NCBI GenBank assembly: GCA_017411745.1
Contig: JAFQPM010000005.1
Span: forward strand, 5,145 to 69,144
Length of the DNA: 64,000 nucleotides
Reading direction: 5' to 3'
Origin: Clostridia bacterium
Lineage (GTDB): Bacteria > Bacillota > Clostridia > Oscillospirales > CAG-272
The notes under the pieces are model-generated. The model saw only the letters and a list, made by a program, of their open reading frames with translations. It had not been told where the DNA came from and did no database searches. Made by a program: the position numbers and the translations under genes. Position 1 is the first letter of the stretch; every line of letters starts with the position of its first letter. This document shows positions 27,617-36,496 of this stretch, piece after piece.

Positions 27617-27645
27617 TTGAAATTTTGGAATTTTAGTGTTATAAT
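27617..27645 (+). promoter_or_regulatory. sigma-A promoter P1 (TTGAAA-17-TATAAT)
   Basis: TTGAAA at 27617-27622, 17-nt spacer, TATAAT at 27640-27645. Confidence 0.6.
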
Positions 27646-27916
27646 GTATTACAAGGAAGGGGTTGAGAGGATTTCCACTTCCGTTTTGATGCAACGATGT
27701 CCGATCAAACGAAAAAAGACGTTGAAATTACGAGAAACGGTTCGATGGTATGAGTTTTTCTTGCAAATGATGCTATTTGGGCGTTGTGAAGGTAAGTTTT
27801 TTGCAGAAAACCATCATTTTAATTATAATAGATGTGTGATCGCCTCGCCGGAGCTTTGGCTGTTTCTGGGAGGCAGGAAACTTTGTTAACAAATTGTAAA
27901 TTGATACTGTGCTTTA

Positions 27917-27945
27917 TTGACAATATTTGCTTGTTGTGCTATAAT
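27917..27945 (+). promoter_or_regulatory. Perfect consensus sigma-A promoter P2 (TTGACA-17-TATAAT)
   Basis: TTGACA at 27917-27922, 17-nt spacer, TATAAT at 27940-27945. It lies about 320 nt upstream of the 28274 start codon. Confidence 0.72.
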
Positions 27946-28273
27946 CCTCATAGGAATCATTAAAAGGGATATCTGTGCCCAAACCAACACGGATCCTTTT
28001 GAGATTTCTGGATGTTGAATATCTGTTGGGCGTCGCTTTTTTGATCGGTCCCGATTAAAAAGCGGTGGACAACTGATTATATATAGTCGAAGAATTGAGA
28101 TTCGATGCCTGCGGTTTGCGTAGGGTCGCCTGTTCACGGTTAAGGTGAATAGGAGAACCCGCGTGCCCGCTTATGCGGATTCTCGGGGGTTCTGGTTGAG
28201 ATTTTTCGACTATAGGGCTTATGGATTTGCCTTGAAAATCCAAATACACAAAACATTTTTCATGGAGGAAAAA

Positions 28274-31200
28274 ATGAAAAAAACAATGAAGAAGATCCTT
28301 TCATTTGCTCTTGCTATGGTAATGTGCGCTTCTCTTGCGATTCCTGCATTCGCAACCGAGCCTACTTGCCCCGGTGTAAACGAGGATCACTTTAAGACCA
28401 ACTGCACTTATACTTATGTTGATACATATGCCCCTAAGTGCGGCGAGAGAGGTTATACTGTTTACCAGTGTAACGGCTGTAATAAGTATTTTGCTGATGA
28501 TTTCACAGAAAATACTGAACAGCACGACTATCAGCAGACTAAGGCTCCCACCTGTACCGAGCTCGGCACTGAGAAGTGCACGAAGTGCGGCGATGAGAGA
28601 GATGTTGCTGCTCTTGGACACGATTGGACTCCCTCCGCGAACGTTTGCGGTCAGGACGGCGCAGAGCTCAAGGAGATCACCCAGACCTGTAGCAGATGCG
28701 ACGCTACTCAGACTGTTCCTACTACCAAGGACCATACTTGGACCATCGAAGTAAAGGAAGAGCCCATCTGCGGTAAAGACGGCCTTGCAATCTACACTTG
28801 TACCGTTTGCGGCTTCGTAAAGGAAGTTGCTATCGACTGTGAGACCGCTGAGGTTGGCGGACACAAGTGGGTATTCGTAGAGGCCGTTGCTAAGACCTGT
28901 ACAACTGCAGGTAACACTGCCGGTTACGTTTGTGACAACGAAGGCTGCGACGCGGTTGCTGAGGTTGGCATGGTTATCGACACCGTTGACAAGGATGGCA
29001 ACCCTGTTCAGGTAACCGTTGAGTCCAAGTATCAGGTTGTTCCTGCAAGCCACGAGTATAGCTCTGCTTACGTTGGTCCTACCTGTGTAACTCCCGGATA
29101 CACTATGTACGTTTGTACTGTTGAGGGTTGCGGAAGTGCATATATGGAGATGGACGTTGACGCTCCTGCTCTCGGACACACGATGCCTGATAACGCAACT
29201 ACTACTACAACTCCCTGCGCGATCGTAGACGGCAATTTCGTTCCCGGTAAGACTGTTAAGACCGGCACTTGCAAGGTTTGCAGCATGAATGCAACCGTTA
29301 CCGAGACCGTTACCCACACCTACACCGCTACTCCTGTTGCGGCTACCTGCCAGACCGGCGCATACACCATTTACACTTGTAATATGGGTTGCCCTGCTGT
29401 AGAGTCTGCTAAGGGTGAGCCTGTTGCAGATGCACACAACTTTGTTTACATCTACACTGGTAGTGATGATGCTGTAAATTATCCTTCCCTTGACCTCGCG
29501 GGAACTTATGCTCCTACTTGCACGGAGACTGGTTACGGCTACAAGGTCTGCGCTAATGCAGGTTGCGATGCTGATATGGAGCTTATAGTTGTTCCTGCTC
29601 TTGGACATGACTATGGCGATCATCCCGTTTACAACTGTCTCACCGGTATGTTGGATTACACCTGCGCTACTTGCAGCGACGTTAAGAGCGAAGCTATCGA
29701 AGGCTTTAACAAGAATGATTACACCAAGCACTACGACTGGATCGAGGATGGTGTTTGGGATGGCGCGATCAACGTTAACGTTGACAATGGTTGCGGCAAA
29801 TCCGCTATTTATAACTATACCTGTGATCACTGTGATCAGGTGATCCTCGTTATCGTGGCAACCAGCCACACCGCTCCTGACGGTTGGGTAAACAATGCTA
29901 AGGCTCCCACTTGTACTCAGGACGGTAACTATGCATGGTTCATCTGTGATGACTGTAATACTTACTGCTACTATGATGCAACCGACGCTCTCGTAGAGAT
30001 TGCTAACGTTGAGAACACTAACGCTCCCGAGCTTGTTGAGAACTCCGATATGCCTAAGGCTGTTGTTCTCGAGAAGACCGGTTGTGATATCGTTATCGAT
30101 AAGGTATACGTAGCTCCTGTCTGCGGTGCTCCCGGACAGACCGCACAGTGGCACTGTAAGAACGCTAACTGTGATGCGGCTTGCACGTATAACGCTGAAA
30201 ATGTTGCTGTTGATGCAGACGGCTATCCTATGGTTAAGGCTGGCGACGAGAAGTACCTCACAGGTACCAGCGCTGTTTCTGTACCTCTTACCGTTAATCA
30301 TAATTTCGTATATACTGACAATGCAACCCACATCTTCCAGGGTGCTGCTACCGTTCAGAACCGCACCTGCAGTCAGTATGGCTACCACCTCTACGCTTGC
30401 ACCAACTGCAACGCTTGGGAGTGGAGAGGCTACGCACAGGCTACCGGTCACAACATCGTTGAGACCAAGCCCGAGTGTACCGTTAACGGCTACAAGGTTT
30501 GTGAGAACGCTTGGTGTGAGTACAACAATGTTAATAAGCTCACCCCCGCTAACCCCACCTACGAGGTAGTTTACTCCGTTGGTCACACCGATGAAAATGG
30601 CAACCCCATCATCTGTGTAGCTGATGACTTCTGGTGTGCAGTTTGTAACCCTGAGTTCATTGAGAACCCCAACTTCGACCAGAACGCAGAAGAAAGCGAA
30701 ACCAATCCTAAGATGATCCCCAGCGGTCTTAACAAGCTTAAGTTCTGGGAATCTCACAACACTGCACGTGAGGATTGGAGAGCTGTTCAGGCTCAGCACT
30801 CTTATCCTGATCGCGGCGGTATGATCCCCACTGCACTTACCTCCATCAAGGATTGTACTCAGTGGAGATACCTCCTCTACGTATGTCCCGATTGCGAAGA
30901 TGACACTATAGGCGGTCACTTCAATGATGAAGTACCTCCTTGCACCGAGCATCACGTTTATGATGTAGTGACCGACAAGAACTACGTTGCAGCTGATGCA
31001 GACAAGATTCCTGATCGTCTCTACACCGTGGTTATTAAACCCGCAACCTTTGCTGAGGCTGGTATTCTTGGCGTTCCCTGTAGCTGTGGCGGATGCGAGC
31101 AGATAGTTGCTACTAAGCCCTACATCAATGACGAGATCGGATTCGACCTCGTAGTTGACAGCGCTATCGTTGCTGGTGCTGACATCGTTGACTCCGGCAG

Positions 31201-31852
31201 AATCGAAATCGACGTTCTTGTTAACGCTTACGACATCGACGTTTACAGCATCTACTTTGATCTTGCATACAATGCAAACCATCTCGAGTTCGTTGAAGCT
31301 AAGCTTCCCGAAAGCTCTCCTTTCGGAATCAGCGGACTTGATGCAAACGCTACCGTTGGCGAAGTTCACGTTTACCTCGCTAACTATGGCGAACAGCTTT
31401 CTAACATCGACTTCGATCTCTTCGGTGAGCAGATGGCCATCGTAACTCTCGTATTCGATGTTAAGAATGTTAACGCTACCGGTACCGGTAAGACCGCATC
31501 CGGTGTTGCTCTCAACGATATCCGCGTTCATGAGGCAAACGGCAGTGTTGTTGACGTTGCTGCAGAGGCAGTAGCTCCTGCAACCTTCAACAAGCTTCTC
31601 AACTCCAACCTCACCGAGGGATTCGATATCTACATGCTCGGTAACGTAACTAAGGGTGTTGTTGAGAACCAGAACCAGACCGCAAGAATCGACGACTTTG
31701 ATGCTCTCAACTGGGAGGCTCTCTTCATTGAGGGTAAGTATCTTGCAGCTGCCGATATCAACAAGAACGGCGAGCTTGATGCATACGATTACCAGTACAT
31801 CTGTGATTACATCGTTCAGACTATCGACTACAACGAGCTTTGCGCTAAATAA
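28274..31852 (+). CDS. Secreted Cys-rich-repeat protein with C-terminal cohesin-like domain and dockerin-like EF-hand module (scaffoldin-like)
   Basis: Signal peptide MKKTMKKILSFALAMVMCASLAIPAFA, with GGAGG 5 nt upstream. About 17 modules of C-x2-G...C-x2-3-C. Cohesin-like segment GRIEIDVLVNAYDIDVYSIYFDLAYNANHLEFVEA; dockerin-like loop DINKNGELDAYDYQYICDYIV. Confidence 0.8.
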   Translation: MKKTMKKILSFALAMVMCASLAIPAFATEPTCPGVNEDHFKTNCTYTYVDTYAPKCGERGYTVYQCNGCNKYFADDFTENTEQHDYQQTKAPTCTELGTEKCTKCGDERDVAALGHDWTPSANVCGQDGAELKEITQTCSRCDATQTVPTTKDHTWTIEVKEEPICGKDGLAIYTCTVCGFVKEVAIDCETAEVGGHKWVFVEAVAKTCTTAGNTAGYVCDNEGCDAVAEVGMVIDTVDKDGNPVQVTVESKYQVVPASHEYSSAYVGPTCVTPGYTMYVCTVEGCGSAYMEMDVDAPALGHTMPDNATTTTTPCAIVDGNFVPGKTVKTGTCKVCSMNATVTETVTHTYTATPVAATCQTGAYTIYTCNMGCPAVESAKGEPVADAHNFVYIYTGSDDAVNYPSLDLAGTYAPTCTETGYGYKVCANAGCDADMELIVVPALGHDYGDHPVYNCLTGMLDYTCATCSDVKSEAIEGFNKNDYTKHYDWIEDGVWDGAINVNVDNGCGKSAIYNYTCDHCDQVILVIVATSHTAPDGWVNNAKAPTCTQDGNYAWFICDDCNTYCYYDATDALVEIANVENTNAPELVENSDMPKAVVLEKTGCDIVIDKVYVAPVCGAPGQTAQWHCKNANCDAACTYNAENVAVDADGYPMVKAGDEKYLTGTSAVSVPLTVNHNFVYTDNATHIFQGAATVQNRTCSQYGYHLYACTNCNAWEWRGYAQATGHNIVETKPECTVNGYKVCENAWCEYNNVNKLTPANPTYEVVYSVGHTDENGNPIICVADDFWCAVCNPEFIENPNFDQNAEESETNPKMIPSGLNKLKFWESHNTAREDWRAVQAQHSYPDRGGMIPTALTSIKDCTQWRYLLYVCPDCEDDTIGGHFNDEVPPCTEHHVYDVVTDKNYVAADADKIPDRLYTVVIKPATFAEAGILGVPCSCGGCEQIVATKPYINDEIGFDLVVDSAIVAGADIVDSGRIEIDVLVNAYDIDVYSIYFDLAYNANHLEFVEAKLPESSPFGISGLDANATVGEVHVYLANYGEQLSNIDFDLFGEQMAIVTLVFDVKNVNATGTGKTASGVALNDIRVHEANGSVVDVAAEAVAPATFNKLLNSNLTEGFDIYMLGNVTKGVVENQNQTARIDDFDALNWEALFIEGKYLAAADINKNGELDAYDYQYICDYIVQTIDYNELCAK

Positions 31853-31865
31853 TTAGGAGGCAGCG

Positions 31866-33431
31866 ATGCGAACCAAAAGAATATTAATGATACTTTTGGT
31901 TGTTGCTCTGACTATTGTTTGCGGAGTTATAAACGTAGCCGCTCAAGATAATGCTAATTCCTTCCAGATGGAAGTGGAGGTTACATCCTCCGCTTCCATG
32001 TCGGAAGAGCTCTGCGTTTTGAAGCCGGGCGATAGCATTGAGGTCAGTGTAATGATCACCGAAAATACTGGTTTGATGAGTAGGATTTTCGCATTTGATA
32101 TCAATTATGATGCGGATGCTCTCGCCCCCGTATTGACGGAAGATGGCGACGTAGATTTTACTGCCTATAACCTTCTGGGCGAAAAAACCGCAGAAAACGT
32201 TTTGGTTGAAGCTCCCGGAAAGGTGTCTTACAGAGTTACCGGCATTGATAATACTGTCAATCCTACCGGTAAACTCGTAACCATAAAATTTGTTGTAAAA
32301 GAAACTTTCAAGGGTACGGTCGGCATAACCGTTGACGGTTATGAGAATATGATCATCTTCCCGAACGGCGAAGGAGTTATACCCGGTGAGAACGTTGTTA
32401 TTAAGGACTCCAATACTCCCGATTACGACGGCGCTACCGTGTACGCTCACCAGTATGGCGAGCCTGTAGTTCAAGAACCCACCTGTACAAGTGAAGGAAC
32501 TGCTACTTATACTTGTACTTGTCATGAGGATCATGTGCTTGTAGTTAAAACTGCTGATATGTTGCCTCACACCCCCGGTGCTGAAGCAACCTGTACTACT
32601 GCTCAGGTATGTACCGGCTGTGGCTTGGAGTTTGTAGCTGCGCTTGGACATACTGCCGGCCCTGATGCGACTTGCACAGAGCCTCAGAGTTGTATCGTTT
32701 GCGGCGAAGAATTGGTTTCTGAAAACGGACACGTTCCTGGTAATGAGGCAACCTGTACTACAAATCAAGTATGTATTGTTTGTGATGTAGAGCTTGTAGC
32801 AGCAAAGGGACACACTCCCGGTGCTGAAGCAACTTGCACAACCAATCAGGTATGTACTGTTTGTGACGTAGAGCTTGTAGCAGCAAAGGGACACACTCCC
32901 GGTGCTGAAGCAACTTGCACAACCAATCAGGTATGTACTGTTTGTGACGTAGAGCTTGCAGCAGCAAAGGGACACACTCCCGGTGCTGAAGCAACTTGTA
33001 CAACCAATCAGGTATGTACTGTTTGTGACGCTGAGCTTGCAGCAGCAAAGGGACACACTCCCGGTGCTGAAGCAACTTGCACAACCAATCAGATATGTAC
33101 TGTTTGTGACGCTGAGCTTGCGGCAGCAAAGGGACATACTCCCGGTGCTGAAGCAACTTGTACGACAGCTCAGATATGTACCGTATGTAACGAGGAGCTC
33201 AATCCTGCAAAGGGTCATACCGAAGAGGTAATTCCTGCAGTTGATCCCACCTATTCTAAGGATGGTTCTACTGAAGGTAAGAAGTGTGCAGTTTGCGGCA
33301 CTATTTTGGAAGCTCCCGAGGTTATTCCCGCTAAGTCTTTGGCTTGGCTCTGGATACTCATCTCGGTAGTAGTTGTTGCAGGTGCAGGCGTAGCAGTATA
33401 TTTCTTCGTATTTAAAAAGAAGATTAAATAA
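31866..33431 (+). CDS. Membrane-anchored cohesin-like protein with nine 27-aa Cys-repeat units (anchoring-scaffoldin-like)
   Basis: Signal peptide. Cohesin-like segment LKPGDSIEVSVMITEN...FAFDINYDADALAPV...GKLVTIKFVVKE. Repeats GHTPGAEATCTTNQVCTVCDVELVAAK. C-terminal TM LAWLWILISVVVVAGAGVAVYFFVF followed by KKKIK. Confidence 0.8.
   Translation: MRTKRILMILLVVALTIVCGVINVAAQDNANSFQMEVEVTSSASMSEELCVLKPGDSIEVSVMITENTGLMSRIFAFDINYDADALAPVLTEDGDVDFTAYNLLGEKTAENVLVEAPGKVSYRVTGIDNTVNPTGKLVTIKFVVKETFKGTVGITVDGYENMIIFPNGEGVIPGENVVIKDSNTPDYDGATVYAHQYGEPVVQEPTCTSEGTATYTCTCHEDHVLVVKTADMLPHTPGAEATCTTAQVCTGCGLEFVAALGHTAGPDATCTEPQSCIVCGEELVSENGHVPGNEATCTTNQVCIVCDVELVAAKGHTPGAEATCTTNQVCTVCDVELVAAKGHTPGAEATCTTNQVCTVCDVELAAAKGHTPGAEATCTTNQVCTVCDAELAAAKGHTPGAEATCTTNQICTVCDAELAAAKGHTPGAEATCTTAQICTVCNEELNPAKGHTEEVIPAVDPTYSKDGSTEGKKCAVCGTILEAPEVIPAKSLAWLWILISVVVVAGAGVAVYFFVFKKKIK
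32565..33212 (+). repeat. Tandem 81-bp in-frame repeat, 8 units (central units near-identical)
   Basis: Unit starts at 32565, 32646, 32727, 32808, 32889, 32970, 33051 and 33132. Units 4-7 differ by only a few nucleotides. Confidence 0.95.
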
Positions 33432-33453
33432 TCTGTTATTTAAATAATTTTTA

Positions 33454-33490
33454 CTACCACTCGAAGCTTTTCGGGTGGTAGTTTTTTTTT
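33454..33490 (+). terminator. Rho-independent terminator
   Basis: ctaccac (33454-33460) pairs with gtggtag (33475-33481), followed by a T9 run. Confidence 0.88.
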
Positions 33491-33501
33491 GCATAAAAAA
33501 G

Positions 33502-33529
33502 GGAGAAAGAGGCGAATGTCTCTTTCTCC
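33502..33529 (-). terminator. Hairpin terminator for the convergent esterase gene (can act in both directions)
   Basis: ggagaaagag / ctctttctcc stems flanked by an A-run and a T-run. Confidence 0.7.
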
Positions 33530-33543
33530 AATTTTTTTTAAGC

Positions 33544-35019
33544 TTATATTTTCATTACAAATGCAGGGCAGGGCAGATTTGCACCGTTACGCAGGGTGAT
33601 ATCGTCGGGGGTGATATTGGTCGACATTGCGTAGCCGACGTGTGTGGGCTCGACTCCCTCGGGGACTTCGACCTTGACGGTGTATCGCGTGGTAATAGTA
33701 GCGCGAGCCTTCTGTCTGCAATCGTATGCGCCGACGTAGAAGCCGTTGACCTCCATATCAATGCTCTCGGCAGGGGCATGGCCCGATGCAATAAGACCAG
33801 TGTGTATATTTTCAAATGCGATCTCGATCGATTTGCCCCCGTCCTCAAGTCTTGCATACGTGGGCATGGGGGAGTTTGCCTCGGATTCGCTACCGATGCC
33901 GTACTCTTTTGCTAGCGCAAGGCTTGCTACTCGCTCGGCAAGCTCAAGCTTTCGGGGGCTGTGCGCCCAATCCTCGTAGTCGATGGGCGATCCGAGATCC
34001 ATATCTACTGTCAGGGTTGAGTTGGGGATGATCTTAAGCGCGTCGAATTGCTGTGTTCGGACGATATCATGGAAGGGGAAGAACTGTGCTCCCTCGGCAC
34101 GATAGTCGGACAGCTGAATGTTGTAGAAGGGGAAGTTGAAGCCGAAGCGCTCACGCTCGTCTGCAACAAGCACGGCAAGATCATGGGCGTATCTTTCGGC
34201 AAAGCGGCGCTCGATGCCCTCGCTTTCGCCCTGAAAATATATCATTGCCTTGAAGGGAAGCTTTAAGAAGGGGTTGACGAGGGTATTGAAGTATCCCGCC
34301 TCCTTGACGTTCGCGCCGAACGTATAGCCTTCCGAGTGCGCGAGATCTTCGGGGAGATATTCGCGGATGCAAGCGCCGCCTGCGGCGAGTACGATAAGTC
34401 CGAGGGGGATATCGGTCATGCTTGTGATCTTTTTCGCAAAGTACCAACCGAGAGCCGAGAACTCGCGTGATGCTGCTTCATCGGGGCGCTTCCAGCACCA
34501 TTCGGGGCGGATGACGTCGCGCTGGGGCTCGTTGCAGTACTCCTGATTTTCGTAAACTATATGCTGAAACTGCGTGAATACGCGGAAGTTGTCGTTCTCG
34601 GAAAAGTCGACACTTGGGGTCAAAGCGAGGCAGGGAGCTAAGGGAAGTGCCGCGTTGGACTGACCGTGTATCATCCAGACGTCGCCGATGAGGATGTCGT
34701 CAAAGGTGACCTTGTGTCCGCGGTCGTCGTTTATCGTCATCGTCTGACCTTCCCACTCGTATCTGCGAGGGGAGAAGCGGAGAGTCCAATTATTGTCGTC
34801 ATCTACCGTTGCTTGGGCGTATTCGCCCATAAAGTTTGCGCTGACGGTGCTTCCCGGTGTATCCGAAAAGCCCCATACGACGATCTCCTTGTCTCTCTGG
34901 AGCACCATGTGAGATGAGAATGCGCCCGAGACCTTGAATTCGGGGCATTTCCACGTGCTTTTTGATATATTTTCGACCACTTTCTTTTCTTTTGTGGGTA
35001 GTGCAACTGTTGTTTCCAT
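33544..35019 (-). CDS. Sialate O-acetylesterase-like carbohydrate esterase (SASA/DUF303 family)
   Basis: GDVWMIHGQSNA (GQSN motif) and MIYFQGESEG blocks. No signal peptide. Confidence 0.78.
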   Translation of the reverse strand: METTVALPTKEKKVVENISKSTWKCPEFKVSGAFSSHMVLQRDKEIVVWGFSDTPGSTVSANFMGEYAQATVDDDNNWTLRFSPRRYEWEGQTMTINDDRGHKVTFDDILIGDVWMIHGQSNAALPLAPCLALTPSVDFSENDNFRVFTQFQHIVYENQEYCNEPQRDVIRPEWCWKRPDEAASREFSALGWYFAKKITSMTDIPLGLIVLAAGGACIREYLPEDLAHSEGYTFGANVKEAGYFNTLVNPFLKLPFKAMIYFQGESEGIERRFAERYAHDLAVLVADERERFGFNFPFYNIQLSDYRAEGAQFFPFHDIVRTQQFDALKIIPNSTLTVDMDLGSPIDYEDWAHSPRKLELAERVASLALAKEYGIGSESEANSPMPTYARLEDGGKSIEIAFENIHTGLIASGHAPAESIDMEVNGFYVGAYDCRQKARATITTRYTVKVEVPEGVEPTHVGYAMSTNITPDDITLRNGANLPCPAFVMKI

Positions 35020-35206
35020 AAAAAACCTCCGTGTGTATTTGCTAAGGCGCGCCCGAGGGCACGAATACAGTCAAGTCTGATTTTTTTGCTTATTTTCAAC
35101 TATTATTTTAGCACGGGTGCTGCCTTTTGTCAATAATTTTCGCCAAACTATTGAAATGGCGGCGATTTTGTATTATAATTTATTTATCAGGTTTGAGAGG
35201 TTTTTT

Positions 35207-36364
35207 ATGGATAAAACTATAAGATTATTTGATCAGCTTCCGTCCGAGAGCGAGTTTGAGGCAAGAGTGCTTTCCTGCCTACCCGACGAGAACGGGAATT
35301 ATACAGTCGTGCTCGATAAAACGCTCTTTTTCCCCGAGGAGGGCGGTCAGGCGTGTGACACGGGTCTTCTTGGCGGCGCGGAGGTCATTCACGTTTGTGA
35401 GAAGGAGAGAGTTATTTATCACACGGTAGCCGAGCCTCTGGCTGAGGGCAGCCTTGTGAGTGGAAAAATCGACTTCTGCGAGCGCTTTCGCAAAATGCAG
35501 AATCATACAGGCGAGCATATCGTTTCGGGGCTTATATTCAAAAATTTCGGCTTTAGCAACGTCGGTTTTCATCTTGGCAAGGATATAATGACCGCGGATT
35601 TTGACGGAGTTCTTGATGCCGAGCAGCTTTTACTGATAGAAACGCTTGCTAACCGCGCGGTGTTCGAGTGCCACGCGGTGCGCGGATACTATCCGTCGAC
35701 CGAGGAGCTTGAGACTCTCGAGTACAGAAGCAAGCTTGATCTATGTGAGAACGTGCGCATAGTTGAGATAGAGGGTGTTGACAAGTGCGCTTGCTGTGCG
35801 CCGCACGTTTCAAATACGGGTCAGGTCGGGCTTATCAAGATACTTGAATGTGAAAAATACAAGGGCGGCATACGGCTTTATATGAAGTGCGGCTTTGACG
35901 CGCTTGACGGCTATCGCGCCGAATACGAGCAGAGCCGTCGCATCTCGGTCGCTATATCGGCAAGGCACGACGAGGTTGCACACGGAGTTGACCGTCTGCT
36001 TGAGGATATTTCGTCACTCAAGGGTGAGATCGCCGCGCTTAAACGCTCGTTGATGGCTTATAAGCTTGAGAAGATCGAGGCGACCGACGGAAATATTTGC
36101 ATTTTTGAGGATGCTGGGCTTGATGCGGTCTCTCTGCGCAATATGGCCAATGAGATCAAGAAGCGTTGCGGCGGCATTTGCGCCGTGTTTACAGGTGACG
36201 ACGAGGGCGGCTACAAATACATAATTGCCAGCGCCACGGTCGATCTGCGCGACCATGCGAAGGAGATAAACGCTGCTATCTCGGGTCGCGGCGGCGGCTC
36301 ATCCGAAATGATACAGGGAAGCTGTGCTGCGAAGCGCGCAGAGATAGAGGAATATTTTGCTTGA
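35207..36364 (+). CDS. alaX: Alanyl-tRNA editing protein, AlaX-L type (tRNA_SAD + DHHA1)
   Basis: Zn-site motifs HTGEHIVSG and KCACCAPHV; C-terminal GRGGGSSEMIQG. The ATG at 35207 is internal to track ORF 35117-36364. Confidence 0.85.
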   Translation: MDKTIRLFDQLPSESEFEARVLSCLPDENGNYTVVLDKTLFFPEEGGQACDTGLLGGAEVIHVCEKERVIYHTVAEPLAEGSLVSGKIDFCERFRKMQNHTGEHIVSGLIFKNFGFSNVGFHLGKDIMTADFDGVLDAEQLLLIETLANRAVFECHAVRGYYPSTEELETLEYRSKLDLCENVRIVEIEGVDKCACCAPHVSNTGQVGLIKILECEKYKGGIRLYMKCGFDALDGYRAEYEQSRRISVAISARHDEVAHGVDRLLEDISSLKGEIAALKRSLMAYKLEKIEATDGNICIFEDAGLDAVSLRNMANEIKKRCGGICAVFTGDDEGGYKYIIASATVDLRDHAKEINAAISGRGGGSSEMIQGSCAAKRAEIEEYFA

Positions 36365-36384
36365 GATTTGTAAACATAAAAGCA

Positions 36385-36416
36385 CCCCGACAGAGCTCTG
36401 TCGGGGTATCCTTTTA
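36385..36416. terminator. Bidirectional terminator (alaX / potD convergent)
   Basis: ccccgacag-agct-ctgtcgggg perfect hairpin with T-rich flanks on both strands. Confidence 0.85.
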
Positions 36417-36443
36417 TTTAGGAAAGTTTTTGCCGGAGGGGAG

Positions 36444-36489
36444 TGCAGAGGGGAACCTGCTTTTTTCAAAAAGCGGGTTCCCCTCTGCA
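36444..36489. repeat. Long (about 21 bp) near-perfect palindromic hairpin
   Basis: tgcagaggggaacc-tgcttttt..aaaaagc-gggttcccctctgca. Related in sequence to the hairpin at 44121-44141. Confidence 0.7.
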
Positions 36490-36496
36490 TTTATCA

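Noticed and set aside
27605-27889. 94-aa ORF in the long noncoding gap upstream of the cohesin-like operon
   Set aside because: It starts upstream of promoter P1, has no RBS, is Phe/Leu/Arg/Cys-rich with no motif, and spans promoter elements. The region is better explained as leader or regulatory DNA.
28301-31531. 1076-aa minus-strand ORF antisense to cohesin-like gene A, plus the 536-aa ORF at 31884-33494 antisense to gene B
   Set aside because: Both are codon-aligned shadow frames of the same kind. They have odd composition (Ser/Val/Asn/Gly/Cys-rich) and no RBS or promoter. The plus-strand genes have signal peptides, RBSs and recognisable domains.
32565-33212. Regular 81-bp repeats as a possible CRISPR array
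   Set aside because: The units are contiguous with no unique spacers. They are in frame within a long ORF and encode a conserved Cys-containing peptide. No cas genes are nearby.
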